A stretch of 64,000 bases of DNA from Alphaproteobacteria bacterium (GCA_009784815.1 WQXN01000001.1:65857-129856); one strand, 5' to 3'; shown: positions 1-8,825, counted from the first letter of the stretch. Made by a program: numbers and translations. Notes: generated by a model from the letters alone, not told the origin.

Positions 1-163
1 CAGTAATCGCGCCGTAACCGTAGTGCCGGCCACTTTGCCGGGCGGTAACCAGACTTTCCGTCTGCGCGTTTCCGGATTTTCCACCGGGGGAGATGCCAAC
101 GCTTTCTGTCAGCGCGCCAAGACGCGCGGCATAAACTGTTATGCCGTTCCGACCGGTAAATAG
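1..163 (+). CDS. 3' end of a gene with a SPOR-like (peptidoglycan-binding) C-terminal domain; 5' end lies outside the window
   Basis: Frame 2 reads ...TFRLRVSGFSTGGDANAFCQRAKTRGINCYAVPTGK*, with TAG at 161-163. The pattern resembles SPOR domain ends. A terminator hairpin follows. Confidence 0.45.
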   Translation, partial: SNRAVTVVPATLPGGNQTFRLRVSGFSTGGDANAFCQRAKTRGINCYAVPTGK

Positions 164-183
164 TAAAATTTTGATAGATATTG

Positions 184-212
184 CGCCGCCCCTAAAGGGG
201 CGGTTTTTTATT
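184..212 (+). terminator. Rho-independent terminator
   Basis: GCCGCCCC-TAAA-GGGGCGG stem-loop followed by TTTTTTATTT. Confidence 0.7.
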
Positions 213-227
213 TGTATAGAAAAATAT

Positions 228-257
228 TTGACAAAATGCGCAGGGGGGGGGTAGACT
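228..257 (+). promoter_or_regulatory. Sigma70-like promoter with a G9 tract filling the 3' half of the spacer
   Basis: TTGACA 228-233, 18-bp spacer ending in G9 (243-251), TAGACT 252-257. AAGGA RBS at 269-273, ATG at 280. Confidence 0.55.
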
Positions 258-279
258 TAGGAAGCAAAAAGGATTTATT

Positions 280-717
280 ATGCTTAACACAAGGCAATGC
301 GTTAAATATGCTCCGCATATAAAAGGGCAGACTTACAACGGTGTAAAGGTGGAATATATCGGCCCAAGCCTTCTTCCGGTGTTAAGAAAAAAATGGCCCA
401 CCAAGGCGGGTATGCTTCTTAATGTCTACGCCTATGCGATAGATCCCAAATACTTGGACTTCGATTACGAGGCGCGGTCCGAAACTACCGGAATGCAAGG
501 CGTGCGCGTCACTATTCCGGAATACTATTGCAGGGGAGATGCGGTTATATGTTTTGTGGAAACCGAATACGGTTATACCGATCCCGTATATTACGGAGCT
601 TATGGCGATGAGGTTAAGGCTTTGGCGAGAGGCATTTACGACTGCGTGAATAGAATGGCCAATTACGAATATATGAGAAAGCATCTTATAGAGTCCGCAT
701 TGAGGCTGGTGCATTAA
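280..717 (+). CDS. Hypothetical protein (145 aa), no family recognised
   Basis: ORF with an AAGGA RBS 6 nt upstream and its own promoter. The antisense ORF 382-714 is taken as a shadow ORF. Confidence 0.6.
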   Translation: MLNTRQCVKYAPHIKGQTYNGVKVEYIGPSLLPVLRKKWPTKAGMLLNVYAYAIDPKYLDFDYEARSETTGMQGVRVTIPEYYCRGDAVICFVETEYGYTDPVYYGAYGDEVKALARGIYDCVNRMANYEYMRKHLIESALRLVH

Positions 718-738
718 TAGCCTTAGCGGCGGATTCCC

Positions 739-767
739 TTGTTTTAATCGGTGGTTTTTGGTATAAT
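739..767 (+). promoter_or_regulatory. Candidate extended -10 promoter for tatA
   Basis: TTGTTT 739-744, 17-bp spacer, TGgTATAAT with TATAAT at 762-767. AAGGAG RBS precedes the ATG at 793. Confidence 0.45.
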
Positions 768-792
768 GCTATTGTAAATAAAGGAGTTTGCA

Positions 793-1059
793 ATGCGTCC
801 GGGAATTTGGGAAATTATATTAATCGTTGCGCTTGTCGTCATTCTGTTCGGATCGGCTAAGATCCCGGGTATGATGAAAAATATCGCCAATGGAATAAAT
901 ATCTTCAAAAAAGAAGTTGGTGGAAAAGGAGAAAAGCCCGGCCCGGAATCGCGCCGTAGCGCAAGCGAAGGCGGAAAAAAGGCCAATCCCATGAAGGCCG
1001 ACGGCAAGCCGACAAAGGCTAAGTCCGTTAAGGGAAAGAAGAAAAGAAAAAAGAAGTAA
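793..1059 (+). CDS. tatA: Twin-arginine translocase subunit TatA/E
   Basis: N-terminus MRPGIWEIILIVALVVILFGSAKIPGMMKNIANGI is the typical TatA TM helix plus FG hinge plus amphipathic helix. The tail is Lys-rich. Confidence 0.9.
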   Translation: MRPGIWEIILIVALVVILFGSAKIPGMMKNIANGINIFKKEVGGKGEKPGPESRRSASEGGKKANPMKADGKPTKAKSVKGKKKRKKK

Positions 1060-1065
1060 GGCTTG

Positions 1066-1106
1066 GCCGATTTGCGAAGCTAACCCAAAAAGCGAAGCAA
1101 ATCGGC
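1066..1106 (+). repeat. Hairpin element copy 1 (10-bp perfect stem, conserved 21-nt loop)
   Basis: GCCGATTTGC / GCAAATCGGC arms around loop GAAGCTAACCCAAAAAGCGAA. The loop is near-identical at 47996-48034 and related at 19388-19424. Confidence 0.65.
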
Positions 1107-1143
1107 TAATCATGCCCTCCACCAAAACACCTGCGGTGCTTTG

Positions 1144-1168
1144 ACTCCTCCGCAAGGGAGGAGTTTGT
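1144..1168 (+). terminator. Second hairpin between tatA and ftsK (possible terminator or attenuator)
   Basis: ACTCCTCC-GCAAG-GGAGGAGT stem-loop followed by TTTGT. Confidence 0.4.
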
Positions 1169-1185
1169 CATAGGATGCGCGGAAG

Positions 1186-3342
1186 ATGAATTTTTTGCCA
1201 CAAGCTTTGAGTGATGTTTTGAAAAAGGCGGCGTCGGCTGCCCTGGGTTTCGCGCTTGTAGTTTTAGCATTTATAGTCGTGATAAGCCTGCTGGTTTACG
1301 ATATGGCCGACACAAGCCTTGTGGCAAGCATCGCCGAATTTTTTCAAAACTCGATCGGGATTTTGGCGTCCTTAATCCTTGCGGTCTATTCTGTTCGTGC
1401 CGGTTATTTCCTGCTTTTTGAAAACCGCCCGGTCGCGCATTATCAAGTGCCTCTGCTGCTTGGAGTCTTGTCCGTTCTGCTATTCGCGTTTGGTATGGGC
1501 TTGGCGTTTGGCGGCGCGGGCGGAGGAATTTTGGGTGTGGTGGCAAGCTATGACTTTGCCAAAATTATGCCTGGTTTAGGATTGTATTTAGGCTTGGTAT
1601 TTCTGGCCGCGGCCGCCGTTATATTCGTTAAGATCACGGGCCTGCGGTACGGGCATCTTAAGAGTGTGGCCGGGTGGTTTGCAAGTCGGAAAAATGATAA
1701 TGCTTTTTGCCCGGATGCTAGGACCCCGTCCGAGTATGACATTGAAAATATAAAGCCCAAGCGTCGTTTATTCTCATCGTCCAAGACTGCGCCGAAAAAA
1801 GTTGCGGTTAAAAAATTACCGGCTAAAACTGTTAAAAAGCCGGGTGGGCAGTATAAATTTCCTCCGCTGGATATACTTGAAAAAGGTATCGCGACCCGTC
1901 AGTCGATCGGCCCGGTTCAGCGTCAAAGCGCCGTGCACCTGCGCGATCACTTGGCCGAGTTCGGGGTCGAGGGAGACGTGGTCGGGATCAAGCCGGGTCC
2001 GGTCGTGACACTTTATGAATTCGAGCCCGGACGCGGAGTCAAAACTTCCAAAATCATCGAGACCGTGAAAGACATAACCCGCGTTATGGCGTCCGAAAAT
2101 ATCCGCATGGCCCATATCCCGGGAACCAATGTGATCGGGATCGAATTGCCGAACTTGTCCCGTCAGGACGTGCGTTTTCAGGGACTGATGGCGAACCCTG
2201 TGTTCCAAAATTCCGAGATGGGTATTCCGATCGCTTTGGGCGTTAATATCGGAGGCGAGGCGCGCTACGTCGATCTTGCCCGCATGCCTCACCTTATGAT
2301 CGCGGGACGCACCGGTACCGGAAAATCCGTCTTTATCCAGTCCATAATCCTATCCATTCTTTACAAGTTCCGGCCGGATGAATGCAAGTTGATATTGATC
2401 GATCCAAAGGGCGTGGATTTCACTCTGTGGGACGGCATACCGCATCTGCTTACTCCGGTCGTGACCGATCCCATGAAGTCGGTGAAAACCCTTAAATGGA
2501 CCGTGGCAGAAATGGAAAAACGCTATGCGCGCCTTAAAAAGCACGGTGTCCAAAACCTTGAAGGTTATAACGAAAAAATGTCCGAATTGCGGGATTCCAA
2601 CGCTGTGCTGACCGAGGCTGTCGCGACCGGCACGGACCCTGAAACCGGAAGCATTATATACGAAACCCGGCCGATGGATCTGACCGATATGCCGTACCTT
2701 GTCCTGATCATAGACGAAATGGCCGACCTTATGATGACGGGCGGTAAAGAGGTCGAAGCCTGCCTGCAGCGTCTTGCCCAAAAGGCCCGCGCCGCCGGTA
2801 TTCACGTCGTTATTGCTACGCAGCGACCATCGGTCGAGACTATCACCGGAGTTATCAAGGCCAACTTCCCGACCCGTATTTCATTTCAGACTTTGTCCGC
2901 CGTCGACAGTATAACGATACTTGCCGCCAAGGGAGCCGAGCAGCTGCTGCCCCGCGGAGACATGCTTTACCTTGAGGGAGGTCGCGCGCCCGTCCGTATT
3001 CACGCCGCCTATATCAGCGGGCCCGAGGCCCATGCGGTAGCCAAACACTTGCGAGCAGAGGCCGAGCCGGACTATATAGAAGGCGTCGGCGAGGACGAGG
3101 ATGGAGGCGCGCAGAATCTGTCCGCGCTTATTCCGGGATTAAAACCGTCCAAGGACGACAAGGACGACGAACTTTATAGGCAGGCGGTCGAGGTGGTTAT
3201 TCGCGACAAAAAACCGACCGTCAGTTATGTCCAGCGGGCTTTGAGGGTGGGCTATAACAAAGCCGCCATATTTATCGAGCGCATGGAGAAGGACGGCATC
3301 ATAACTCCGCCCGACGCGAACAACAAGCGCCGCATAAGATAG
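1186..3342 (+). CDS. ftsK: DNA translocase FtsK
   Basis: N-terminal TM segments and a linker. Motor domain has Walker A GRTGTGKS and Walker B LVLIIDEMADL. C-terminal gamma winged helix ...SYVQRALRVGYNKAAIFIERME. Confidence 0.95.
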   Translation: MNFLPQALSDVLKKAASAALGFALVVLAFIVVISLLVYDMADTSLVASIAEFFQNSIGILASLILAVYSVRAGYFLLFENRPVAHYQVPLLLGVLSVLLFAFGMGLAFGGAGGGILGVVASYDFAKIMPGLGLYLGLVFLAAAAVIFVKITGLRYGHLKSVAGWFASRKNDNAFCPDARTPSEYDIENIKPKRRLFSSSKTAPKKVAVKKLPAKTVKKPGGQYKFPPLDILEKGIATRQSIGPVQRQSAVHLRDHLAEFGVEGDVVGIKPGPVVTLYEFEPGRGVKTSKIIETVKDITRVMASENIRMAHIPGTNVIGIELPNLSRQDVRFQGLMANPVFQNSEMGIPIALGVNIGGEARYVDLARMPHLMIAGRTGTGKSVFIQSIILSILYKFRPDECKLILIDPKGVDFTLWDGIPHLLTPVVTDPMKSVKTLKWTVAEMEKRYARLKKHGVQNLEGYNEKMSELRDSNAVLTEAVATGTDPETGSIIYETRPMDLTDMPYLVLIIDEMADLMMTGGKEVEACLQRLAQKARAAGIHVVIATQRPSVETITGVIKANFPTRISFQTLSAVDSITILAAKGAEQLLPRGDMLYLEGGRAPVRIHAAYISGPEAHAVAKHLRAEAEPDYIEGVGEDEDGGAQNLSALIPGLKPSKDDKDDELYRQAVEVVIRDKKPTVSYVQRALRVGYNKAAIFIERMEKDGIITPPDANNKRRIR

Positions 3343-3348
3343 CGCGAA

Positions 3349-3822
3349 TTACGCCTTGAGGAATTTTTGTATGTTTGCAAAGGCTTCGGATATCTGTTTG
3401 AATTTTTCGGTGTCTTTCGATTCGGCGGAATCCGGGTGGTGTTTTTTGGCGAGTATTAGATAAGCCTTTTTAATAAGTTTTTCATCGCGCGCAGGGGCTA
3501 TGCCAAGCGTTTCAAAAGCCTTGCATATATCTTTGGGAAAATTAGGATTGGGCCGGTAATCTACCGTCTTGCCAGATAGTATGTCGTTTATTATATCTTT
3601 ATAGTTGCGCTTGGCTCCTTCCTCAAGCTCGCAGCCGAAGGTGCGCTGTTGCCAGTCTTTTTCTATTTCCGCCGCCGTCATGCCTTCGTAAAAATTCCAG
3701 TTCTGATTATATTCGGCCGCGTGCTTTTTGCAAAAATTCCAATAGCTTTTCAGCGTGCGGCTTTTTGGTGCTTTATGGGTTGCCGCTTCCTTGCAGTTCT
3801 TGGCTTCGCAGATTTTGGTCAT
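3349..3822 (-). CDS. J-domain protein (C-terminal DnaJ domain)
   Basis: C-terminal KKAYLILAKKHHPDSAESKDTEKFKQISEAFANI carries the HPD motif. ATGA overlap with xerD-like upstream. Confidence 0.8.
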   Translation of the reverse strand: MTKICEAKNCKEAATHKAPKSRTLKSYWNFCKKHAAEYNQNWNFYEGMTAAEIEKDWQQRTFGCELEEGAKRNYKDIINDILSGKTVDYRPNPNFPKDICKAFETLGIAPARDEKLIKKAYLILAKKHHPDSAESKDTEKFKQISEAFANIQKFLKA

Positions 3823-4706
3823 ACCGATTTCCTTTTGGCCAAAGGATGGTGTTTCGCCACCGCCGACTTTAATTTTTCGGGCAGGACATGGGTGTATATC
3901 TGCGTCGTCGATATGTCTTCATGTCCAAGCATGGTCTGTATGGCGCGCAAATTCGCGCCGCCGGCCAAAAGATGAGATGCGAACGAATGGCGCAGCACGT
4001 GCGGGCTGACCAAGCTTGGGGAAATGCCGGCCAATACCGCGCATTTTTTAAGTATCTTAAAAAATCCGAACCGTGTCAGATGTCCGGCTTTGCCGCTTCC
4101 GGGAAACAGGAATGGCGAAGCTTTTCGGTTTTTTGGTATAAAGGCCGGGCGCACTTCCATATATTCCGCGATAGCGTCCAGCGCGTCCTGGTGTATTGGC
4201 ACCATGCGCTCTTTCGATCCTTTGCCGTGGACCAAAAGGCGGTCGCGTAGCACGGCCGACATAGGCAGTGCCACAAGCTCGGAAACTCGAAGCCCCGATG
4301 CGTATAATATTTCGATCATGGCGCGGAGCCTTTTCGCATGGCGCACGTCGTCCGACGAGCTGATCAACGCTTCGATATCGTCTTCCGATAAATATTTTGG
4401 CAGGGTTTTATTTCGTTTTGGAAGCTCGACTTCGGTCATGGGATTTGTTGTTATTACCTTTTCCATATTCATGAATTTATAAAACTGCCTAAGCGCGGAT
4501 GCTTTGCGCGCCATGCTGCTTGGGCGGATCCCCTCGCGGGATAGGTTGGCGAAATAATCCTGAAGCGCGCCGCCGGCAAGTTGCGCCAGGTCTCCGCATC
4601 TGGCTTGGGCGTCGGTCAGATCTTGCTGGTACGAGCTTATGGTGTTCCGCGCCCGGCCTTTTTCGGCACAAAGCATTTCTAAAAAAAGCTCGACGTGATC
4701 AGCCAT
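3819..4706 (-). CDS. xerD: Tyrosine recombinase XerC/XerD family (probably XerD)
   Basis: ASGLRVSELV (Arg), HVLRHSFASHLL (HxxR), LGHEDISTTQIYTHV (His/Tyr). 295 aa. Confidence 0.85.
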   Translation of the reverse strand: MADHVELFLEMLCAEKGRARNTISSYQQDLTDAQARCGDLAQLAGGALQDYFANLSREGIRPSSMARKASALRQFYKFMNMEKVITTNPMTEVELPKRNKTLPKYLSEDDIEALISSSDDVRHAKRLRAMIEILYASGLRVSELVALPMSAVLRDRLLVHGKGSKERMVPIHQDALDAIAEYMEVRPAFIPKNRKASPFLFPGSGKAGHLTRFGFFKILKKCAVLAGISPSLVSPHVLRHSFASHLLAGGANLRAIQTMLGHEDISTTQIYTHVLPEKLKSAVAKHHPLAKRKSV

Positions 4707-4837
4707 TATGGAAAAAGGACTATTTCAGTGATATGTTCTGGTGCCGAAAAGCTGATAATCATAAGCATGACAAGCACGGCGATTACTGCTGCGATGATTA
4801 TGTGGCGCCTCCAGGCGTTTTTCTTTTTTAGTGGCAT
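4706..4837 (-). CDS. Possible small membrane protein (43 aa), below the ORF-track cutoff
   Basis: Minus-strand ATG at 4837 is preceded by AAGGA (revcomp of 4846-4850). MPLKKKNAWRRHIIIAAVIAVLVMLMIISFSAPEHITEIVLFP*. The TAA overlaps the xerD ATG (TAATG). Confidence 0.35.
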   Translation of the reverse strand: MPLKKKNAWRRHIIIAAVIAVLVMLMIISFSAPEHITEIVLFP

Positions 4838-4850
4838 TTTGTATATCCTT

Positions 4851-5918
4851 TTAATTGCGGTTGAACGATACTATGAATGTAAGGGATAAAAACGCGATCG
4901 CAAGCGGAGGCATAGCCACCGCGACCCATGCCGGGATCAGGCCGGCGCTGCCTATATTCGCGAAAAGATTCAGGGTGAAGTATAGGATGAAGCTTGCCAG
5001 AACTCCCATGCTGATTTTTAGGCCGAACGAATGAAAGCGCCGGGATTTCGTCTGAGAAAAGGCCATGCCAAGCGCCACCATGGACATCAGGGTCAAAGGC
5101 ATAAACACCAGGCCAAGCAGCTGCACTATGTGGGGTCGATTGTTCATGCCCATACGGTCCAGGCTTTGGATAAATTCGGGTAAATCCCAGAACGATATTT
5201 CTGACGCTTTCAAGTATCTTTCTTCGAGGTTCCTAATGGTGACTTTCGAGGGAATATTCCAGTTGCGGGTCTCCTTTGGCACTCCGTCCTTGTTAAAAAG
5301 CGTGGCGCGCGTTGCGGATAGTCCGCCTTCCCTAAGAGTCAAAACAGGGGTTTCTACCCTTAGCAGTTCGCGCCCGTCCATGCTTTGTACAAGAACCGTC
5401 GCGTTTGCGAAATAAGCCGCTTCATTGTTTATATCCATGCGGTCGCTGCGGATTATGGTTTTGGAATCTTCCGCATTCTCGACCAGCCATATGCGGCCGT
5501 CAACCATGTTCGTGCGTCCGGCTATCCCGTGTATGTGCCGGTTGAAATTTATCGAAAGCGGGTTTAAAACCGCGGTCGCAAGTATGCCGATGACCATGGC
5601 CGATAGCGCGATGGGCCGAAGGATCCTAAGCGGCGATAATCCCGCGCTTTGCAGGATTATCATCTCGGACGATCTTATCAGCTGATATGTCATAAGCAGC
5701 ACCGCCATAAAGACGGTCAATGGTAAAAACAGCGGTATCCATTCCAAAAGCTTTGATAAGGACGACGCAAGTGCGTCATTTACTTCTACCCGGGCCAGCT
5801 CTTCTACAAAGGTGATCGAAAATATGACGCTGCATACCAAAAACAGCACCAGCGCAAGGCTTTTTAAAAATTTGCGCGATAGGAATCTTGAAATTATTGT
5901 GCGGCGCATCAAGCTCAT
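4851..5918 (-). CDS. lptG: LPS export permease, LptF/LptG (YjgP/YjgQ) family
   Basis: 355 aa. Three N-terminal and three C-terminal TM segments flank a periplasmic domain, which is typical family architecture. LptF versus LptG was not resolved. Confidence 0.75.
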   Translation of the reverse strand: MSLMRRTIISRFLSRKFLKSLALVLFLVCSVIFSITFVEELARVEVNDALASSLSKLLEWIPLFLPLTVFMAVLLMTYQLIRSSEMIILQSAGLSPLRILRPIALSAMVIGILATAVLNPLSINFNRHIHGIAGRTNMVDGRIWLVENAEDSKTIIRSDRMDINNEAAYFANATVLVQSMDGRELLRVETPVLTLREGGLSATRATLFNKDGVPKETRNWNIPSKVTIRNLEERYLKASEISFWDLPEFIQSLDRMGMNNRPHIVQLLGLVFMPLTLMSMVALGMAFSQTKSRRFHSFGLKISMGVLASFILYFTLNLFANIGSAGLIPAWVAVAMPPLAIAFLSLTFIVSFNRN

Positions 5919-6607
5919 CAGTATTTCTCGAAGTGAAGGTTTTCGTTCGTTGTAAAGCCAAGCGCCGTGAATTTATCCACCAGCGCGTCTATCATATCCG
6001 GGCCGCCGCACATAACTATGTTCAAACCCGTAGACGGGTCCAACGCAGGCAGAAGTTTAGATAGGTCTGGATCTTCGAACGCCAGTGTTATCCGGCCCTG
6101 CTTGCCTTTGTATTCTTCGCGCGAGGCCAGTTGTATCGCCGTGAAATTTTCGTTATTTATATTGTCGAATTCGTCGCGGTATCCCAAATCTGCGGCGAAT
6201 CTTGCCCCGCTGACCAGCACGACTTTGCGGTCCCTGTGCGCACCGGCCTGTATCATGGACCGCATCATGGCTATACCGGTGCCGGTTGCAAGCATCAAAA
6301 TAGGCGAATCCTTTGGAATCTTTTCAATAGTTATATGGCCGAATGCCTTGGGCGTGACGGCAAGCCTGTCGCCGACGCCAAGCTTCCAAAGCTGGGTTGT
6401 CAGAGCGCCGCCGGGCACCAATACTATGATGAATTCCAGATAATCCGGGTTAGGGGCGCTTGCTATCGTATAAGCCCTTTTTACCCCGCCCATTTCGAAT
6501 ACCGCGAACTGACCCGCGATGAATTCGAACGGCTGGTCGGTCTTTATGCGGAATATTCTTATATCCGGCGTCTGCTGGGTTATTGATATTATGGTAGAAT
6601 TTTGCAT
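5918..6607 (-). CDS. fpr: Ferredoxin-NADP+ reductase
   Basis: FAD motif KRAYTIAS and NADP motif MLATGTGIAMMRS. Start moved to the ATG at 6607 (MQNSTII...), which has an AAGGAAA RBS. Confidence 0.8.
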   Translation of the reverse strand: MQNSTIISITQQTPDIRIFRIKTDQPFEFIAGQFAVFEMGGVKRAYTIASAPNPDYLEFIIVLVPGGALTTQLWKLGVGDRLAVTPKAFGHITIEKIPKDSPILMLATGTGIAMMRSMIQAGAHRDRKVVLVSGARFAADLGYRDEFDNINNENFTAIQLASREEYKGKQGRITLAFEDPDLSKLLPALDPSTGLNIVMCGGPDMIDALVDKFTALGFTTNENLHFEKY

Positions 6608-6678
6608 TAATTTTCCTTTGCATTGACTTACAAACCTCATTCTATTATATTAATTCTGAAAATTCAAGGATTAGACCC

Positions 6679-7146
6679 ATGTTAAAGCCTATATCGAAAG
6701 AGGGTATGGATACCCTGCTTTCCGAGCTTGTTAAATTAAGGGACTATGATCGCCCTCCGCTTATGCTGGCAGTCCAGGCCGCGCGCGAGCTTGGCGATCT
6801 TAAGGAAAACTCGGAATATCAGATGGCCCGCGAGAAGCAGAGGCTTATAGACCACAGAATTAGGGGCCTAGAGCATATTATAAAGGAATCCCAGGTAATT
6901 CACATATCCGACCTTTCGGGCGATGTCATAACTTTTGGCGCGACGGTCGAATTAGAGGACGAGGAAGGAAAAACCGCGACATACCAGCTGCTTGGCGATA
7001 CAGAAAGCGATATCGAAAAAGGCAAAATTTCCATCACCAGCCCCATAGGAAGCGCCCTGAAAGGAAAGAAAAAGGGCGATTTCGTGTCTATCAGGGCGCC
7101 AGGCGGTGTAAAGGAATTCGAGGTCCTATCCGTAAGGTTTGTCTGA
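6679..7146 (+). CDS. greA: Transcription elongation factor GreA
   Basis: N-terminal coiled coil with ...AARELGDLKENSEYQMAREKQ. C-terminal ISITSPIGSALKGKKKGD. Confidence 0.95.
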   Translation: MLKPISKEGMDTLLSELVKLRDYDRPPLMLAVQAARELGDLKENSEYQMAREKQRLIDHRIRGLEHIIKESQVIHISDLSGDVITFGATVELEDEEGKTATYQLLGDTESDIEKGKISITSPIGSALKGKKKGDFVSIRAPGGVKEFEVLSVRFV

Positions 7147-8825
7147 TGGCTATAAGAATACTGGCCGATTCTTTGATAAACCAGATAGCGGCGGGCGAGG
7201 TGGTAGAACGGCCCGCTTCGGTGGTTAAAGAATTGATAGAAAATGCGCTGGACGCAGGCGCGGACCATATAATCGTCGATGTGATTGACGGCGGAAGAAC
7301 TACTATTTCCGTTATGGACAACGGGCGCGGTATGCCCCGCAAGGATCTTGTTAAATGCGTCATGCGGCACGCCACCAGCAAACTTGCCGACGATGATCTT
7401 CTTAACATCTCTACTATGGGATTCCGAGGCGAGGCTATGCCGAGCATCGCATCCGTATCCGACATGACCGTGTCGAGTTTTTATGAAGGCGAAGGTCTGA
7501 AGCTTGACTGTTCGACGCTTGCCGTGACTCCAAATTCGGTTACTGCCGGAACGATCGTTCGCGTCGATAATCTTTTTATGAAAACCCCCGCCAGGTTGAA
7601 ATTTTTAAGGTCCGACCGGTTTGAACTGGCAGCGGCGCGCGAAGTCTTGCATAGGCTTGCCCTGGCGCGCCCTGATGTCGGATTTTTATTCAACCAGAAT
7701 GATCGTTTTCCAAAAGGTCAGGATATCTTAGAGCGTGTGTTAAGCGTAACGGGAAGCGACTGCGAAGGGCGCCTCCGTGAGGTTGATATGCACGACGGCG
7801 AAGTTGGGATTAATGGTTTCGTTTCCGATCCGGGCTTGCGGCGCGCATCCGCCGCGGATCAGTTTTTATTCGTGAACGGCCGGCCCGTCAAGGACAAGCT
7901 TTTGGTGGGCGCTCTGCGCGCGGCGTTTTTCGACGTCATGCATGCGCGCGAATTTCCTGTGGCTGTTCTTTACATTAATCTGCCCAACCGCGACGTCGAC
8001 GTCAATGTTCATCCCGCCAAGACTGAAGTGCATTTTCTGGAGCCGTCCCGTATCCGCAGTTTGATGGTCCGCGCCGTGCGAAAGGCCATAGCCGATCCGC
8101 TGAACAAAATCCCCGGGGTTTCCAAGACTGCAGGCGTTTGCGCCGCGCAGTTTTTGGGAAACTCTTTTCCCGGCTTTTTGGATAAAAATTGCGTAAAAAT
8201 GCCGGATGATAACGGGCCGATTCCTTCATTATTTTCAGAGGAATCCAAGGATTTTACGACTATGCCTTTGGGTAGGGCTATAGGTCAGATTTTTAACAAA
8301 TACATTCTGGCCGAAAATAGCAAAGGCCTGGTTCTTGTCGACCAGCACGCGGCGCATGAAAGGATTGCTTACGAAAAGCTGCGTAGTCGCAAAATGCCGG
8401 CTCAACCACTTTTGGTTCCCAAAGTCATAAGCATGAGGCCAAGCGAAGCCGCGGCCGTTCTGGAGGCAGCCAATGATTTGGCCGAATCCGGGTTAGTCCT
8501 GGAAGACTTCGGAAACGGGTCCCTTGTCGTGCGCGAGGTTCCTGTCTGCATGGACGCCGAAGTTGAAAATCTGTTAAAGGTCATAGCGACCGAGGTTCGG
8601 GATAAGGGATCGTCAATCGCTCTGAACGAGCGGCTTCATTCCAAGCTTGCCAATTTCGCCTGTCACAGGTCGGTCCGCGCGGGGCGGAAACTAAGCCTTA
8701 TGGAAATGGACGCGCTGCTTCGCGACATAGAAAATACCGATCGCGGCGGCGTCTGCAATCACGGGCGCCCCGTTTATAAAGAAATTTCTATTGCCGAGCT
8801 TGACGCGATGTTTGAAAGAAGCTAA
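7146..8825 (+). CDS. mutL: DNA mismatch repair protein MutL
   Basis: GHKL ATPase motifs IAAGEVVERPASVVKELIENALDAGA and DNGRGM. C-terminal dimerisation domain with QHAAHERI. Confidence 0.95.
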   Translation: MAIRILADSLINQIAAGEVVERPASVVKELIENALDAGADHIIVDVIDGGRTTISVMDNGRGMPRKDLVKCVMRHATSKLADDDLLNISTMGFRGEAMPSIASVSDMTVSSFYEGEGLKLDCSTLAVTPNSVTAGTIVRVDNLFMKTPARLKFLRSDRFELAAAREVLHRLALARPDVGFLFNQNDRFPKGQDILERVLSVTGSDCEGRLREVDMHDGEVGINGFVSDPGLRRASAADQFLFVNGRPVKDKLLVGALRAAFFDVMHAREFPVAVLYINLPNRDVDVNVHPAKTEVHFLEPSRIRSLMVRAVRKAIADPLNKIPGVSKTAGVCAAQFLGNSFPGFLDKNCVKMPDDNGPIPSLFSEESKDFTTMPLGRAIGQIFNKYILAENSKGLVLVDQHAAHERIAYEKLRSRKMPAQPLLVPKVISMRPSEAAAVLEAANDLAESGLVLEDFGNGSLVVREVPVCMDAEVENLLKVIATEVRDKGSSIALNERLHSKLANFACHRSVRAGRKLSLMEMDALLRDIENTDRGGVCNHGRPVYKEISIAELDAMFERS

